Position numbers and translations under genes: made by a program. A stretch of DNA of 64,000 nt, from the NCBI GenBank assembly GCA_013265495.1, contig MU057487.1, positions 1 through 64,000 on the forward strand, read 5' to 3'. The notes beneath the pieces were generated by a model, which worked only from the letters and a program-made list of their open reading frames with translations, had not been told where the DNA came from and searched no databases. This document shows, piece after piece, positions 1-15,292 of this stretch (positions within the stretch are counted from its first letter, which is position 1; each line of letters starts with the position of its first letter). Source of the stretch: Vicugna vicugna. Taxonomy: Eukaryota.

Positions 1-134
1 GATATTCAAAAGGAACTGTCATGGAAGCAGCTAAACCAAGGACAAACATCTCTGGATTCTGAATCTCAGGAAGTGGGCAGGGCTTTTTGAGGGCCCTGAT
101 GAGTCATCTGCTAGGGTCTTGCACTGAGCAAGCT

Positions 135-425
135 GAAAAAAAACCCCTCTGATTTATAGCCTGTTGGTCAGAAGCACAGGTCGGCAGTCTGAAGTGGGGG
201 AGGGGAGCAATCTGCTGGGACTTAACCCTTAACCTATGGGATCTGATGCTACCTGCAGGTGGACAGTGTCATAATTGAGTTAAACTGTAGGACACTCAGC
301 TGGTGTCCCATAATTGCTTGATGTAGGAAAGAACCTATACATTTGGTGACCGGAAGTATTAGAAATGAAGTAGTATTGTAGTAGAGTATGGAAAGTAGGG
401 GAACATACAGAAGAGTGTTTTTTCT
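135..425 (+). mobile_element. MER21-like LTR 3' fragment
   Basis: gggacttaacccttaacctatgggatctgatgctacctgcaggtggacagtgtc...ctgtaggacac aligns by eye to 29980-30060. Confidence 0.65.
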
Positions 426-529
426 TTATTGCACTAAACCATTGGTTTCCATTCATTTCAGTTCCCCCCCTCCCCTGGATCTTGCAACATCTGCCTGATA
501 TGCAGGTTATTGGCAATGATATTTGCGTA

Positions 530-690
530 GGAGTGTGCACCAGTTTTCAACTTACTGCTTCTCAATTCCAAACCCACCCTTCATTGCCTGCTTGTGACAC
601 TAAAAGAATTTTCCTTTGCTGGTTGGCTTGATGTTAAGCTTGGTCAGTAGAAAGCGCTGGAAGGACACTGCAGGAGGAAAGAGCTTTTCT
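530..690 (+). mobile_element. LTR33-like (ERVL) fragment
   Basis: ccaaacccacccttcattgcctgcttgtgacac...ttcctttgctggttggct...gcgctggaaggacactgcagg resembles the recalled LTR33 consensus. Confidence 0.45.
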
Positions 691-3600
691 TTGAGGTGCC
701 TGGTTAAGCTCTTCTTGGTTTGATCCTACAGCAAAACCAGGATGTGCCTGAGTTATAGCCTTTCATAATAAACTGGCAATCTAGTAAGTAAACACATTCC
801 ACTAAATACAAGTTAAATATCCCAACTCCATTTCCTCGTAGATGAGTCCCTGGGGCCACTTCCAAACCATCTGACACAGGAAGCTGTGTGATGGGGCAAG
901 ATGAGATGAAAGAAAACAGCAGTCTTAACTGGTTGAAGTTGAAGTAGTTTCCTTTCCCAGATTTTACAAAAGTATGTGAACCAAATGAATCCACTGCTAG
1001 GGCCATACCCAGGGTTTGGCAAGTGAGGGGCCGTGAGCTTACACTTCAGTAGCTTCATGGCAATTCTGCCTCTGCTCTTAGGTTTCACTTTGAAAGGCAA
1101 TAGCGTGAAGACGCCAAGCCCCTCCTGGATTTCAGTTCAGTAGTGGCCAACCACGTCCTGGGTCCAGAGACAGACCAGCAGAAGTCTTCATGCTGGCATA
1201 CAGCCCCGTGCTGGCAGGGCACTCGGCCGAGTCTGTACTTGGCCATGGAGCCCACAGCATCTCGGCCAAAGCTGCCCAGTGGTGCAACTGGGACATCATC
1301 TCTGGCTGAGACTCCCCCAAGCCTGGGAAGCTGTCAAATATGCCTTAGTGAACACCTATTCTGCACGATTCAACTGTCTAGAAGAGAATCTGTTATTTCT
1401 AAATAAAAAGAAAAAATTTTTTAACTTAACTGTTGAAAGTCCATGAGTCTGACCCCTTCGATTTGTGGATTATCTGTCCCAGCGACTGGATGAGAGGGAA
1501 GCCTTTCCCAAACCCCAGTCGTCGGGTTCTTTTGTTAGGTGCCCTTCCAGAACTGCATTCAGGGCACTTGTTTCAGTTTTTAGCATACATTTTGTGCGAT
1601 TAGTTTATTGATATCTGCCCCCTCCAAGAGACTAAGTAAGAATCCTGAGATTGAGACCACGCCTGTTTCACTTCACCAGTACTCATCGCCTGGCACTTAG
1701 TAGGTGCCTAATAAATGCTGGTTGAAGAAAAATAAAATCACTTATCAAATGACTCCATCCTTCTGCCTGACTACTTTTATCCTGCACTGGCTTTTATTAC
1801 TGTATTTAACACATTCTGTTCATATTATCTATTTATCGGTCTGTACACCCTAGTAGAGTGTAAGCTCCTATCAACATTATTTCTCAATTATTTAAAAACT
1901 CCCAGTAAGTACTCAACAAACGTTTGTTGAACTGATCTGTGCCCTGAACCGGGAATTAGTATTTCTGCCATGTGTATCAAGTGGCTTGCAAAGCCTCTTT
2001 GAAATTCTTTTTCTTTTTTTTTAATCTGTGGAGTGAAGAAGTTATTCTAGAAATAATCTCTTAGGGTCCCTTCCAATTAAAAAAGCTAAAAGTTATATGA
2101 TTCTAAATATAAAATACATTCTCATATCTCAAATCACTAGCAATATCTTAAGCAGTTTAAATAAGAAAGAAAAAGGCCTTCAGGACAAATTTGAAGATGT
2201 GGAGAGAAATTTCATTAAAATATATAGGATAGAGATTTGTCGATTATTTTACTTTAACCCAATGGAATTATAAACAATAAAATGCTTATTCACAGAAGCC
2301 AGAATGGATAACCCTAAAGAGTTTATGTTCTTCTGAGGCCATGCAGAAAAATCCCTGAAATGTGTATGCACTTTTAAAAGTGTATCATTTTAGGAAATAA
2401 AATAGTTTGTACTTCTTGGGAATTTGAGAAACGTTATTATGTCTGCTGGATAGTATTACTACACACAAAGATTTGAAAGTTTCCTTTAGGAATTTACTAT
2501 CATACTCAAGAAAAATATATCAAATGTTTGGGCACATTGAACCATTTAAGATAACTCTCTTTTAACAAATCTGACAAATTTGATTTCTGGTAAAGACTAA
2601 AACGTATCTATTTGAATGATTCTGTTTTAGCTTTCACCCTGCTCTTATAAGTATAAATTTTATACTGAATCTGTAAAATGCAACTATGAGAAAATCTAAC
2701 CCAGACACAAAAGAGTATCTTGAAATACTCTGTTCAACATGAAATAATCTTTTCCCCATAAAGAAAACTTTCCCCATTTAGTTTTATTGCAATCTTCAAA
2801 ATAAATGATTAGTTTTATAGTGGCATTGCTCCAGAGTCTGAGAATAACTTTCATAAATCAAATAGGTCATCAAGATGTTTCCAAGAAACAGAACAGGAAG
2901 GCGACTTGAGAACAGTGGGTAGAGGAGAGCCGCGGCTGCTGTCTCTCACATCCTCATGCTAAGCACATCCCTTAGTCAGCAATATTACTTTCTTTTGGAA
3001 GAACAGAATAAAGTATATTATCTCCAACTCCTTCCAACCTCTGCTTTCAAATGACCATGAGGACCTTAAATATAAACATGTAGATGGTTTGATAAGAGAT
3101 CTAAGTTTGAGAAACACTAATGAGGACCACTGGACTTTAAAGATAAACTCGCCTCCAGCATCGTATCACGACTTGTGTCAGACATTTCACTATCTGCGAT
3201 CCATTCCTTGGGGATTTTTGCAATGTACAAGCAGGTCCCTTTATGGTGTCTTATCTTTAGGGGGAGCATTAAATATATTTATTTATTGAATCTACTAGTC
3301 AGTCATGTTGCATCTAGAACATAGAATACAGTCAGCCCAACCAGGAAAGTTAGTCTCACAAGCAGGAAGGAATACCAGACAGATTGGAGAGATGAGGAGA
3401 GACAGCCTATAACCGAGCAGGGCAGGCCTAGGGGAGCAGAATGCGGCATTCCTGCATTCGTATTGTGGCTTATTGGCATCACCAGGGGTGGGGAGAGGGA
3501 AGAAAAGAACAGAGAAGAGTAATCGATGCTTAAAGGGACTGCGAGATGATGGCAAAAATTAAATTCACAGTTTTGCCAGGGACAGAGTATGTGTTTTATG

Positions 3601-3703
3601 GCCTTCTTATTGCAGAAAAGTTGCTTCTGAAAGTCAGAAAGTGGTTTTAACTGCCAACCTGCACTTTATTTTCCTTTGAGAGACTGTTCGGAATTTCTAA
3701 CGG

Positions 3704-3752
3704 CAATAATTATTCACCAGTCGCAACAATTATTCACCAGTCACAACAATTA
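3704..3752. repeat. 20-bp tandem duplication
   Basis: tattcaccagtcgcaacaat / tattcaccagtcacaacaat. Confidence 0.9.
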
Positions 3753-4858
3753 CACCAAAATGCCGTAGGTGATAAGTAAAGTACCCTTTGGTTTAGCATG
3801 TTCTCACTTGAGTATTTAAAGAGTTTTGTGCCCTATTTCTTATCTTTTATAGAAACATGGGAAAACATACTCTGAACAGTTTGGGCACTACTCTAACTTT
3901 TGGTATCAGTAATCCTCGCATGTGGTCCTGTACCAGGACGCTTCGTAAGCTCGGTCTGTTCCACGAGCCTCTCCTCTTCTCTGAAACAGGGGTGCTTCAT
4001 TCTGAAGATCAGCCACAGTGAAAGGCGGGAGTATAATTATGCTGACTGTAAGTCTCAGAAAGGAATATATACGGCTCAGAAGTTGACAAACGTGACTATA
4101 ATTCACAAAAACTGACACTCAAAGGAGAATGTTCTCAGGCAGAGAAACACACATTGCTTATAATGCTGCTTTCCAGATACAAAAGGGAGTGGTACCCTTG
4201 GCATCAAATTTTTATATCATAAATTAACATTTATGTCCATTAAAATTAAAAAGATTTAAAATTTTAAAAATCTCCATGGTTAAGAAGAAACAAAAAATCT
4301 TCTTTCAGACTTAGAAGAAGTAACTCAAAAAGTGATACATCAAACAACAGCATATTTACTATGGCTAGGGAGAAACTGTGAAAAAAAAAAAAAAACTACA
4401 GGAACTTTTCATCATACCTTAGATTCATTGGTAAAGAAGCCACATGCAATCCTGCCAATTCATCATATAGCTTTTCATCCCATAGGCTACTTCTCAAACC
4501 AGATGACTAGCTATGGAAATTTACTTCCACCAACTGACAATTCCTTTAGCAATCATTGAAATTCCTTTTCAATTTCACACCCACCAAAAGAGAAAAAGAA
4601 GAAAATGAAAATCAAATCCAGGAACAAAACCAGAAAAGTTTGACTCTGCATGAAAAGAAACTCCATTGTTTATGGTTCTCGGGTCCCTTACTCAGCTCTT
4701 TCTGTGCACTGCATGAACTTCTGGAAGCAGCATACGTGTATAATTTAATTTTTCATTTCTTAACTGTGTAACTTACTTTATTTTTTAGACATCATCACTC
4801 TTTTTCTCCACTTGCATTTCTTAAGTATAGGAAAAATAATACTCAACACCCTGTTATA

Positions 4859-4862
<4 letters not shown>

Positions 4863-4889
<27 letters not shown>
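4863..4889. repeat. (AT)n microsatellite
   Basis: Directly visible run. Confidence 0.95.
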
Positions 4890-7800
4890 CTTTATAAAGC
4901 ATGTGTTTATATTTTATATTAATTTTTCATATTTAAATATTTATATATTATATTAAACTTTTATGCAGAATGCATTTCTAAATTGCTAACCAGAATCCAT
5001 TTGAGCTATGCTAAGACATAAATATTTACTTCACAGCTTTCTATTAACTATTTTAAATGTTATTTTTCTATTTAAAAAACCAGGTATAATAGTTTGAGTT
5101 GTCTTCAATATAGAATTTAAAAATAAATTAGCTATGATGTCAACATGATATAGTGCTTAAGAGTGGGGTTTGTTGTGTCAGAAAGCCTGATTTTAATTGT
5201 CTCTAACACTGTCAAGCTGTTTGAACTTACAAAAGGTATTAACCTCTCTGAGCCTCAGTTGTCTCATCAGTAAATGAGAACAATTATAGTACCTACCTCA
5301 AATAACTGTTATGAGCCCTATTCATTTTAAACCAGCACTGTTACTATTGCCAGCCAAGGTGGTATCTTGGTATTGTTCTCATTTTCATTCCAAAGAGTCA
5401 ATTATGCACTCATAGACACGTGATGCCTTGCTAGACACTAGGTATATGAGCTCATCAATTGAATCCTTTTAAAAGCTGCAGACCCACACATGAGCACATG
5501 CACACATACACACATCCTGCAACAGAATGGCCTAGACCTAACTCTGAGACACCCAACTGAGAACATCATCTACAGATGTGCTATGCTGACAGTAGAAACA
5601 GGTCAAAGGTAAATGGGAAGCGATGTGGGGACACCCCTGGAAATCCCTGGGAATTCTGTATTCCACAAGGAAAAGTGCAGGTCCCCTCTGGTTAATCTAG
5701 AAAGACTTCACGGAAGAGCAGGGACAGTGACAGTTTAATGACAGGAGAGACACAATTGGGTGGATTTAAAAGAAAAGAGCCTGATCTAGGGTTATAAGGC
5801 TGCTCTCGTAGAGGCTTGGCATTTGGACTGGAATGACTACATCATGGGAGCTTGGGACAAGTTTGCCTAACATGACTAAAGACCCATGAACCAAAGAATA
5901 GAAACTAAGGAAATGAAGTTCAAGGCTTGTCCCTGACAGGCTGTGATGTATGCTATGTGGATCTTAGGATTCTGAGAACATAATCAGTGACAAAGTCACC
6001 ACAGAGCTTTGAGGGGAGACAGGCAAGAGAATTTTAGGAAGAACTTTAAGGGGCTAAGGGATGGATGAAGAAAACAATGCTGACCACAAGGATGACAGTG
6101 ATAAGTGTGGAACAGCTGTAGGCAGAGAGTCCAGAAGGAGACTGAAATTGATCAAGATACAAAATAAAAAGTCCCCGGGACAGGTGGTAGCCTTCAGGAG
6201 TGGAAGAAAAATGTGGGACAGATATGAGGAGAAAGCACAAAGCAAAGCGCCATTTAGTTCAGAGATAAAACACAGAAACAGAATGCAGAATGCAGAGGAG
6301 GTAAAATGACACTAGTCTATGGCTCGAAATGGGAAAGAGATGGTGATGAGACAGCTGCTTTGATTGACAGTGGGGTGGAACAGGGGATACAGAGGGAATA
6401 TGTCACTGTTCTTGCATCTTCAACTGACATACAATCTCCATCCCAACTCATCCTCTATTCAGGGAAATATAAGCCAAGAGCGTGAGTAGGCGGAAGGAAA
6501 ATTACATTTGTATTTCAAAGCTCCTGATACCATGTGAGGTCAGCACTTACTATCTAAATCCTTTGCTGCTTCTCTCCTATCCTCAAACCTTTGTCACTAT
6601 CAGTTGCCTGGTGGGCAGGCACTTGGCCTGTGCAGGTGGAAGACAGTACACAGTATTCAAAAATAGTTTCATGTCCACACAGATTGAAGCATGCATGCAC
6701 ACTTACACACCTTCCAAAGCTAGAAAACAGCATCAGAATTAAACTTAAGAAATTATTTCCTTAACACCCTTTTCATGTTATTTTCTTTTGTAGAATGACT
6801 TTTGTTTCTGCACTTACTCATATGAAAAATCTCTCTGTTATCCCCTACATTTGTTCCACACGGATCACTTCATAAACAGCTGAATCGTGGTAAATGAGAG
6901 GAACTTGGTTGGTCATCTCTCTTCTCCGGTGGTACTAAAGAAGAAAGTAGTATACACAACACATTTTTAAACAACAGACAGTACAGAAGAAGAGCTGCTT
7001 GGAGGACCCATTTAAGTTTGATGGATTTTCAGAGAGCCTTACACAGAGCGGAAGAAAGCGATGCACGTGTGCCACCGAGAAAATAGCAAAACAAAAAGTT
7101 CTTTTCAGAATGAGCATCTGAGAGCCAGCTCCCCTCATCAGCTAAGTACCTCCACTTCAGAACACACAACAAATATCTAATTAACACAAATATCTAATTG
7201 CTTTAACAGAATAGGCAGCAAATTATGTCAAAGGGAAAAAAATTAAACAGCGGGGGAATCAGGGAGAAAACTGCCCAGGAGATTATTTATTTGAGGAATG
7301 TGATTATATGCACAAGTATTCTTCTCTTTAATGTGCTTGGCTGAGACACTGCCGCAGCAAGCGGCTCTCATCCCATGAGACAATGAAAGGAAGTAAGCTC
7401 TTCCAGTGGGAGGGAGGGGATAGTCATTAGCCACAAGACTAGGTAATTAGTAAAATCCTGGCGTGTCACAGACACTTGCCTTGAGTAGTGTTCTGAATCA
7501 ATTAGTTTGATCTGATTCTGTGTTTGGCTCAAAATTAAAATAAAAAATGAATAGGCAAGCAGGACCTGACCAGTCAATATCCCTAATCTAACGCAGCCCA
7601 TAGAACTGTTCACCAGTAAACTACAACTGTGTCTAGGAATGATCAAATTTAAATTTGTTTTACTGACACCAGATTGGACTTTTGTCAGAGACGTTTTAAA
7701 GTGAAATTTGTATGAATCCTGAATAAGAATCTTAGACATGGAAAATACGTGGAGAAGATAATGATTTATACTCAGTCAAGACAATTACATGAATTCTAAG

Positions 7801-10800
7801 TGATTTCAGGAGTTGATTCCTGTGGCAAAGATGGTCTCTTCCCTCCCGCAAGCTATGACCCTCTTTTTTCCGTAAAGTTCTTCTCATTGGAGAATCTGTC
7901 CACAGCTCATTCCATTTGGCCCCAGATATGTTATTCCAGGATTCCCTGCACAGCTACAGAAGGTTGACACTTACTCGTTCATTCATTCCTTTACCCTATC
8001 TTCCCCAACATCACTAGGAAGTAGCAAGAGCCACCTGAGCATCCAGTTTTCCCTTTAAGCACGTGGGACAATTGCACCCTGCTCTCATGCCCTTTGGTTG
8101 CCTTGATAAATGCTAATTTGTAGCTTTTAATGTTCAAGGAAAAAGAGGAAATTGAAAGCTAACATAAATCAATAATTAAAAGCATAAATTGTTAACTTGG
8201 GAAAGGACCTCAGAAGTCATAGGATCAAATTTTCTATCCAGTAACCGACCCTCTTTAAAAGATTTGTAGAATGCGGTGGGGGGTGGGGGAGCAGGGTTCA
8301 ACTTCTGGTTTAAAATCATTTAATGGCAGAAAGCTCATTATCTCACAAAGCAGTCTGTTTTACCATTTTCCAACTCTATTTTGAAAGTTCTTCCTTAAAG
8401 GAAGCCAGAAGCTACCACTTTATAACTCCCAGCCATGAATCTTACTTCTGCCCTCCGGAGCAGCAAAGTGCAAGGTAATTGCCTTATTTATGTATCAGCC
8501 CTTCAAATGCTTAGAGTGGTTATTTCCTTCCATGGTCTGCTTTTCTCCAAGTTAATGGTCCCAAGCTCCTCTCTCTATATTTTAACAATTACATCCACTT
8601 CACAAAGCCATTGTGAGTATTAAGTGAGTAGACGTCCTGTATAATAAGTGGAAGATAAGTAAGCATTTGCATGATTGTTTGAAAGATGAATTTACTAATA
8701 CAAAAAGACCTCTGGGTCTTGTTTTCTCCATCTATACTTCAGAAGAAATCAGAAACACTTTGGAAAACTGTCTGATCTGTAAATGTCAGTACCCTACCGC
8801 AAACCTGTTGACAGAACAGAACACAATCCTCCAATTAGCTGGTAGAGAGCCAGCGTTCTGCATTATGCTCTACGTGGTAAAGTCCTGAGCACTCCTTGCT
8901 TGTCGGTAAACTTTTGTGTGCAAAAAAATCAGCCCAGCATTTTGTTAGCTTTTTTTAGCAACAACAGCAAATGGTGCGCTGATTTAGATGCCCTACATTG
9001 TTTTCACTAGAACTATTACTAAGCCAGGTTTCCCCTTTTTATCTTTGCGAAGTATCCTATTGACAACATTTCTATCATGAGCCATGGGAAGATTGACTCT
9101 TGACTAAAATGTGGATTTTGTTTATGTATTCTCTATTTCTGTCATTAAAAATGACAATTAAAAATCGTATCATATGGGTTAAAAAGTCCTCTTTGATCTG
9201 AAAGAAATAGACCACCGAGGGATAAACTACATTTTGTGCTATCAAGAAATATTTTTGTGAAAATAATTCCCAGAGAAAGAATATTGGCAAATGCTTCAAA
9301 TTAAACTGGGACATTTGCTTATAGACCCATTAAAATCCCTTTGCAAAAGAGACTTGTTTTATATCAGTTGTTACTCCTCATGCATATTCATAACTATTTA
9401 AATAACTTAATAATAAAACAAGTTTTCTTTACACAGCTCCAATTACTGATTACCAGTGGTTATATACAAGGCTCCTTTATTTAAACTAGTTTACATATGT
9501 AATAATTCATTATCGTCCAAAGGGTGTCACCTCCACTTTCAAATCATCAGCTTAATATATTTAAAATACTCAAAAAACTTCTGTGTACAGAAATTTGAAA
9601 GTTTTTCAGTAATAAGTGAACACATTTTGATTACCCTTGGAGAAAACAATGTGCTATAAATAGGAAAAAAGTTAAAACTTGGTGTTAACTTAGGGAATAC
9701 TGCCAGTGTCCTAACAATGCTAGCAAGTCTGCCGTTTTCTCTGGGAGACACAAGTCCACTACTCAGACATGTGAAATGTAACAGGTCACTAGATTTCCCT
9801 AAGTTTTTAGCTATGAGTTTTATCTATGACTTTCTGAGGCCTACAGCTGCTTTATGCTCCACAGAATATATGGAGGAAGAACAGGTGTTCACATCTAATT
9901 ATTTACTCCACTGAATATCAAAGAAATTATGGAGACTCGGCGAACTGTAGGATTAGTCGGAAAAAGAGGAAAAAAATACATGCCTCCGTCTGTAAGGTTT
10001 TAGATGTCCTAGAAATTTACGATGATTGCCTGAATTCAGCTCATCCTTGCTTAAGCATAAGAACACATCTATCAATCAGATCAACACACAGGCATGAAGA
10101 CATTCCGGGGGTTTGAGACAATCCTCTGACATTCGTACCCTTGAAGTGAAGAATACAGGACGATACTATTTTTAGAGTATCTTCATTTGCAAAAAATAGA
10201 ATTTTACCCTGAAACATATATGACATTTCACCTCTTTTTGACATTTACACAAATATTATTCAAATCCATTCTTTATTGTGCAAGCACTTCAACGTGGCAA
10301 CTATTTTATTTGTGTATTTATGTATACCTCTCTTTCTCCAAAAGGAACTAAATATGACACTTATCATGGGGCAAACAATATAGCAAAATGACAATGAAAT
10401 GTCAAATAAGTAAGAAAGATGAGGCAATGGGGTAAAAATGGGTAGAAATACAAGGCAGACCATGGAGTAAAGTTAGTTCAAGGAATCTGTACTACATAAT
10501 CCTAACTGTTACTGAGACGAGGGAAACATAATTATCTGTAAGCTTCACAGTTGCACAACGTATTTTTTATTGCTCAAGAAAACAATAACTGTGCTTAATT
10601 TCTTGGCCAGAAGGAGATTTCTTCCATGAGATCACTCACTGTGAGACTATTGTACAGTGTAATACAATCAATAATTCCAGTACACATAGGGTGTATTTCA
10701 TAAGGTGTTCTTTTTCGAAGGTCATCAGCATTAGCCTATGATGGCAAACCAAAAAGGGACTGAATACAAATGCAATTTTCAGCAAGAGATCAGGTGGAAA

Positions 10801-11164
10801 GTGCAACATAAAATTTTTATAGGATCATTGCTTTCTGATGTAGACATACGATACTTATTATGACAATATCATTAAATACTAGTGGCATATATAGAAATTG
10901 TTACTAAAGTGTTTAAAACAAAAAACCACCAAAGGAAACCTCTGATAGTACTTTTATTAAATAAATTATCCCAATCATTAACTTACATGAAAAGAAAAAA
11001 ACTTCCCCTGAAATTTTTTCTTCGTATTTCTCTTAGATTAAAATATACATTAGATCTGAGCACAGGAGTCCAAGGACTTGGCTCTAGTGCCATCTGAGAA
11101 TGTGCAAAAGCCTACGTTGCTGAATGCTATTTAAACTCCTGCCTAAAGATTTTATAGTGCAGTG

Positions 11165-12000
11165 CGTTAAGTGCTTAAAGAGCAGCAGCTGTGGGTCCTA
11201 TGAAAATGTCTAGGAGGAACAACCTTGAGGACTCCCGAAGACATCTCAGAGAAGGTGACCTTGGAGAACAAAGGATGAGTTAATACAGGCCAGACATGGA
11301 TGATTCCAGGTAGGGGAAAGAGCATGTGCCAAAACCAGAGGGTAAAAAAGGTCATAGACCATTTAAGTAATTCACTGCGACTGGAGTGTACTCTTGGCAG
11401 ACACTTATAGGAATGACAGGAGACTGGAGAGAAAGGCCTGGTCTAGATCACAAAGGGTCTTATATGTTGCAATAAGAACCGTTAATCTTTTTCCCTAGAA
11501 CAATGAGGAGCTATTGGAAAATGTTGAGCAAGGAAGAGATTGTGTCATATTTGAATTTTAGAAAGGTTTCTCTGGTAGCAGCATAAAGAATGGTCTGGAA
11601 AGGGCTAAGAATAACATGAGGAGGATAAGTCTGAATGTTTTAACAATTTATGTCCCTCCAATAGTGGGGAGTGGACCTACTTAAGAGATATTTAGGAGGC
11701 ATAATTGAAAGAACTTGTTGAGTGATCAGAGGGATGGTGAATGGGAGAAAAATGGCAAAAATGACATTCAGGTTTCTGATCTGAGCAACTGAGGAAAGGT
11801 TTGTCCAAAGGAGAAAATATGAGAAGTTTGGCAAAAGAAAGAAAACTTCAGTTTGTGGCCTGTTGAATTTGAAAGATAACCTGAGAGATGTCCAAATTAA
11901 ACTGTTCAGGAAAAAAAATTTGGATATATGGGTCTGGCACTCAAGAAGGGGCTTTAAAATTGAGATTGAGATTTGGGTGTCATTGGTATCTATGATGATT
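11165..12000 (-). mobile_element. L2 LINE fragment
   Basis: ctcagagaaggtgacctt...ccaggtaggggaaagagcatgtgccaaa...tttgaattttagaaaggtttctctggtagcagc...gatttgggtgtcattgg. Confidence 0.6.
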
Positions 12001-15000
12001 GAGAAAATTCTGATTTAAAATGGCAAACATGCGATTCCTCCTGACATCTGAACGGAATTTACAACATAAAAATTTAGGCTAGAAATCCACCTGCAACAAT
12101 GAATAGAAAAGTAAGAAGGATTACCAGCAGATAAGGTATTTCAGCATGAAAGAATGTTTCTGGAAGTGGGTTGATGGATGAACCAGAGGAAAGAGACTGT
12201 GGCTCAGAAGATCTAATGAGGAGATGCAGTACTTCAGGGAGATGGACAATGAACAATGTGCTCACTGGAACCTTGAGAGTCACTGGGTTTGAAGTTCTTA
12301 ATTATAATAGAAGTTGGGAGAGGTGAGAAAGCAAAAATGAGATGGGGTAGTAATTGTCAGTCTGGCAAGGAAGAGTATGTCCTCACCAACGTTTTCTTTG
12401 CCCTCCCTAACAATTAAAAAAAGTTAGAAATACAAAAAGGAAAAAAGAAAGTATATCTAAAACAATTCATAATTATAACTGTAGTAATGTCATCAGGAAG
12501 GGGTATAAAGACCGGTGACTATAGGTCAATGTTAATGTTCTTTCCCTTAAGGGGAAGGAAATAAGTCAAAAGTCAAAGCAAGAAAGGAGAAAATAAGACA
12601 AAAAAAGCAGAAAATTTTTTATCTAAAAACTAAATAAGAGAAACAAGTCCAAATATATCAGTAATCACAATAAACAGAAATGGCGTAAGTCCCTGAGACA
12701 TGTGAGGTGTGGGGCCGACAGCAGCTTTGTCTGAACACCAGCCTGTAAGAAATGCAGGATGCTTATCTTGTTTGTTCACAATGGGTACAGAATCTTCGCT
12801 GGAATTGTCTGGACCATGAATCTATCTTTGGATTTCTCATTTAACGTTAAGAAAGCAACAATAAGGATCTCTATTGAATGAAAAATACATTCCATTTTCT
12901 TAAACAATGATACACAGTAAACTAAATTTCATTCAGTGAGTTCTGAGTTTTCTCTCACCAGGAACTGATGAGAGCCTCGATATGGGTGACAATGACAATT
13001 GTCTGTTGTTCTGTGTTAGGTCCAGCTCTTTATTCTTTCACTGTCCAATTCCTCCTGAATTTCTTTTTTGCAATCCACACCACTCTGATGCTATGCCAGA
13101 TCATTTAATACTAACTGCTTATAGTTCAGGTTTTAAATGGCAACAATCTTATTCACTGAATGCTAAGTAGTATTTCCTTTAGTAATACTGCTACAATTCC
13201 TGATACAATTATAATTCAGGACTTCATCCTGTCTGTTATTTCAATGGCCCCACATCTTCTGTCTGCCTCCGACTACTCTTTCAGCTGTCTCTGGACTAAG
13301 TTCTTGGGTTTCTGTCCTTTGGACAAATTGTATTTGAGGCTGAAGCTTCCCCCATCAGACAGATTCTTAGATACTCTATAATGTCCTCTAGCTACAGGAG
13401 TCCTGAGCTTAACTGCTTATTCCATGTCTACTACAATCTATCCTAATCCCGTATTTTATGTTGACACTAAGCTAATGCTAAGAAATCAAAGATACACAAA
13501 CAAGAAAGACTAAAGGGATCTCTTTAGAAGATGATGAAAGAGCTGCTCAGTAGAAGATTACGGATATGAGATACACAAATACATTTTTACCAAGTTCTGA
13601 ATGATCTTACATGAGAAAAAAACAGCTATTCAACCAAAGGAAGTTTTGAATGTGCTTTGTGTTGGAGCTTTAAATATAAGTTTTATTAGATAAAAATTTA
13701 GCCCAAGTTTATAGTATAGGCATACAACTAGAAACACTGAACATTGTCATATGGACCATATTTTAAAGTTTCTCCCATTTAAATTTCTACTTGAGAATTC
13801 TACTTTTAAAATGTGAAAACCCAACTCATATATTCAGGGGTTAGTGATTCCATTTGTGAAAGCCCATTATTTTTACTGCCTCTTCCTTTACATGCTATCC
13901 TTTTGTTTCTTTTCTTTGAAAAAAAAAACTGTATACTCAGTATAATTTCTAACTAAAGGGAAAAGAAGTCATTAACTTCAAATCTGCCCAGTCCATTTCA
14001 TTTTCACCAGCTACCTGGTTAGGTATGAAGATTACCTGGCTCACATAAGGCTTGGAGATTACCTGAAGGTGTAACCCTATGGAGCGTATTTGTTTATTGC
14101 CAAGAAAAATGGCAAGGTTTTAATGTCTTTCATCTTAGGTTGGTTCTCAGTTAGCTAGGTAAGAAGCACTCAGTACTCAAAGACAATAACCGGAAATCAC
14201 AAATATAAAAGTATTCTAAGTCTAATAAATCTACTACAGAACACTTCTCTCTGTCACAAAATTTTCATTTGCAGATCATCATTTAAGAACTTCCATCTTT
14301 CTTATAAGAACTGTCCTCTGAAACCCAGCAGAAGCAAAATATAAAATATAAGCTATCCAAATGATACCAGAAATCAGAATACATTTTCATGCCACAAGTT
14401 ATAATAAAAATTAAAATGCTATCATAAAAGTAGAACTTATGTGTTGGTTATGAACCAAATACAATGCCCTCAGCTGCAAGCAATCAGAAACCAACTCTGA
14501 CAGGTTAAACACAAACAAGTATGTAATCCTACACAACTGAGTCAGGAAGTTGGGCAGACGGCAGGGTTAACTTATCTAGCAGTTCCAGCTTCAGCACTTC
14601 TCTTTTCTCTTTCCTTTGGTGTTGGCTTTATTCTCTGGCTGGTAGGAAGATGGTTCCACTAGCCTGACTCACATATCCACACAAAACAGCCACCAAAGGA
14701 AGAAAGAGCATCTTTTCCTGTAGTTCTTTCTTAAGAGTGAGGAAACTACCCAGAAGCCCCCAGAATTCTTCATGTATCTCCGGGGCCCTTGTTAAGTCAC
14801 ATATTTTTTCCTGAACTAATCTCTATTACCAGGGAAATACTTGATTTTTACTCAATTCTGGGTTCCTGAACCAAAGAGGAGAGGGTTTTCTGTCAAGTGT
14901 TTTAACTGTCTCAGCATCGTTGTGAGTGTGGCCTGGCATCAGGCTACACCTATAAAAATGGGAAACTTAGTCCATTCTGAACCCTTCCTCTAAACTTCCA

Positions 15001-15061
15001 CTCTTCTCCAATCTGCCTTGTTTTTCATTCGCCATTGTCTTCAGGAAGTTGCTTTCTGTAA

Positions 15062-15256
15062 TGTTATAGTTTGAATTGCATCCCCACCAAAAATTCATAA
15101 ATTGAAGTCCTGACCTCCAGTACCTGAGAATATGACCTTATTCAGAAATAAGGTGTTTGCAGATGTAATTACGTAAGATGAGGTCATACTGGAGTAGGGT
15201 GGACCACTAATCCAGTGTGACTGGTATCCTTATAAAAATGGTAACTTTGGACACAG

Positions 15257-15292
<36 letters not shown>

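Noticed and set aside
695..795. MER21-like piece lying downstream of the segment it normally precedes, suggesting a rearrangement
   Set aside because: Too short and decayed to tell a rearrangement from an independent fragment without a consensus alignment.
3704..3752. CRISPR-like or functional array
   Set aside because: Only two adjacent 20-bp units with no spacers, in mammalian DNA; an ordinary slippage duplication, like those near 7169-7199 and 36884-36917.
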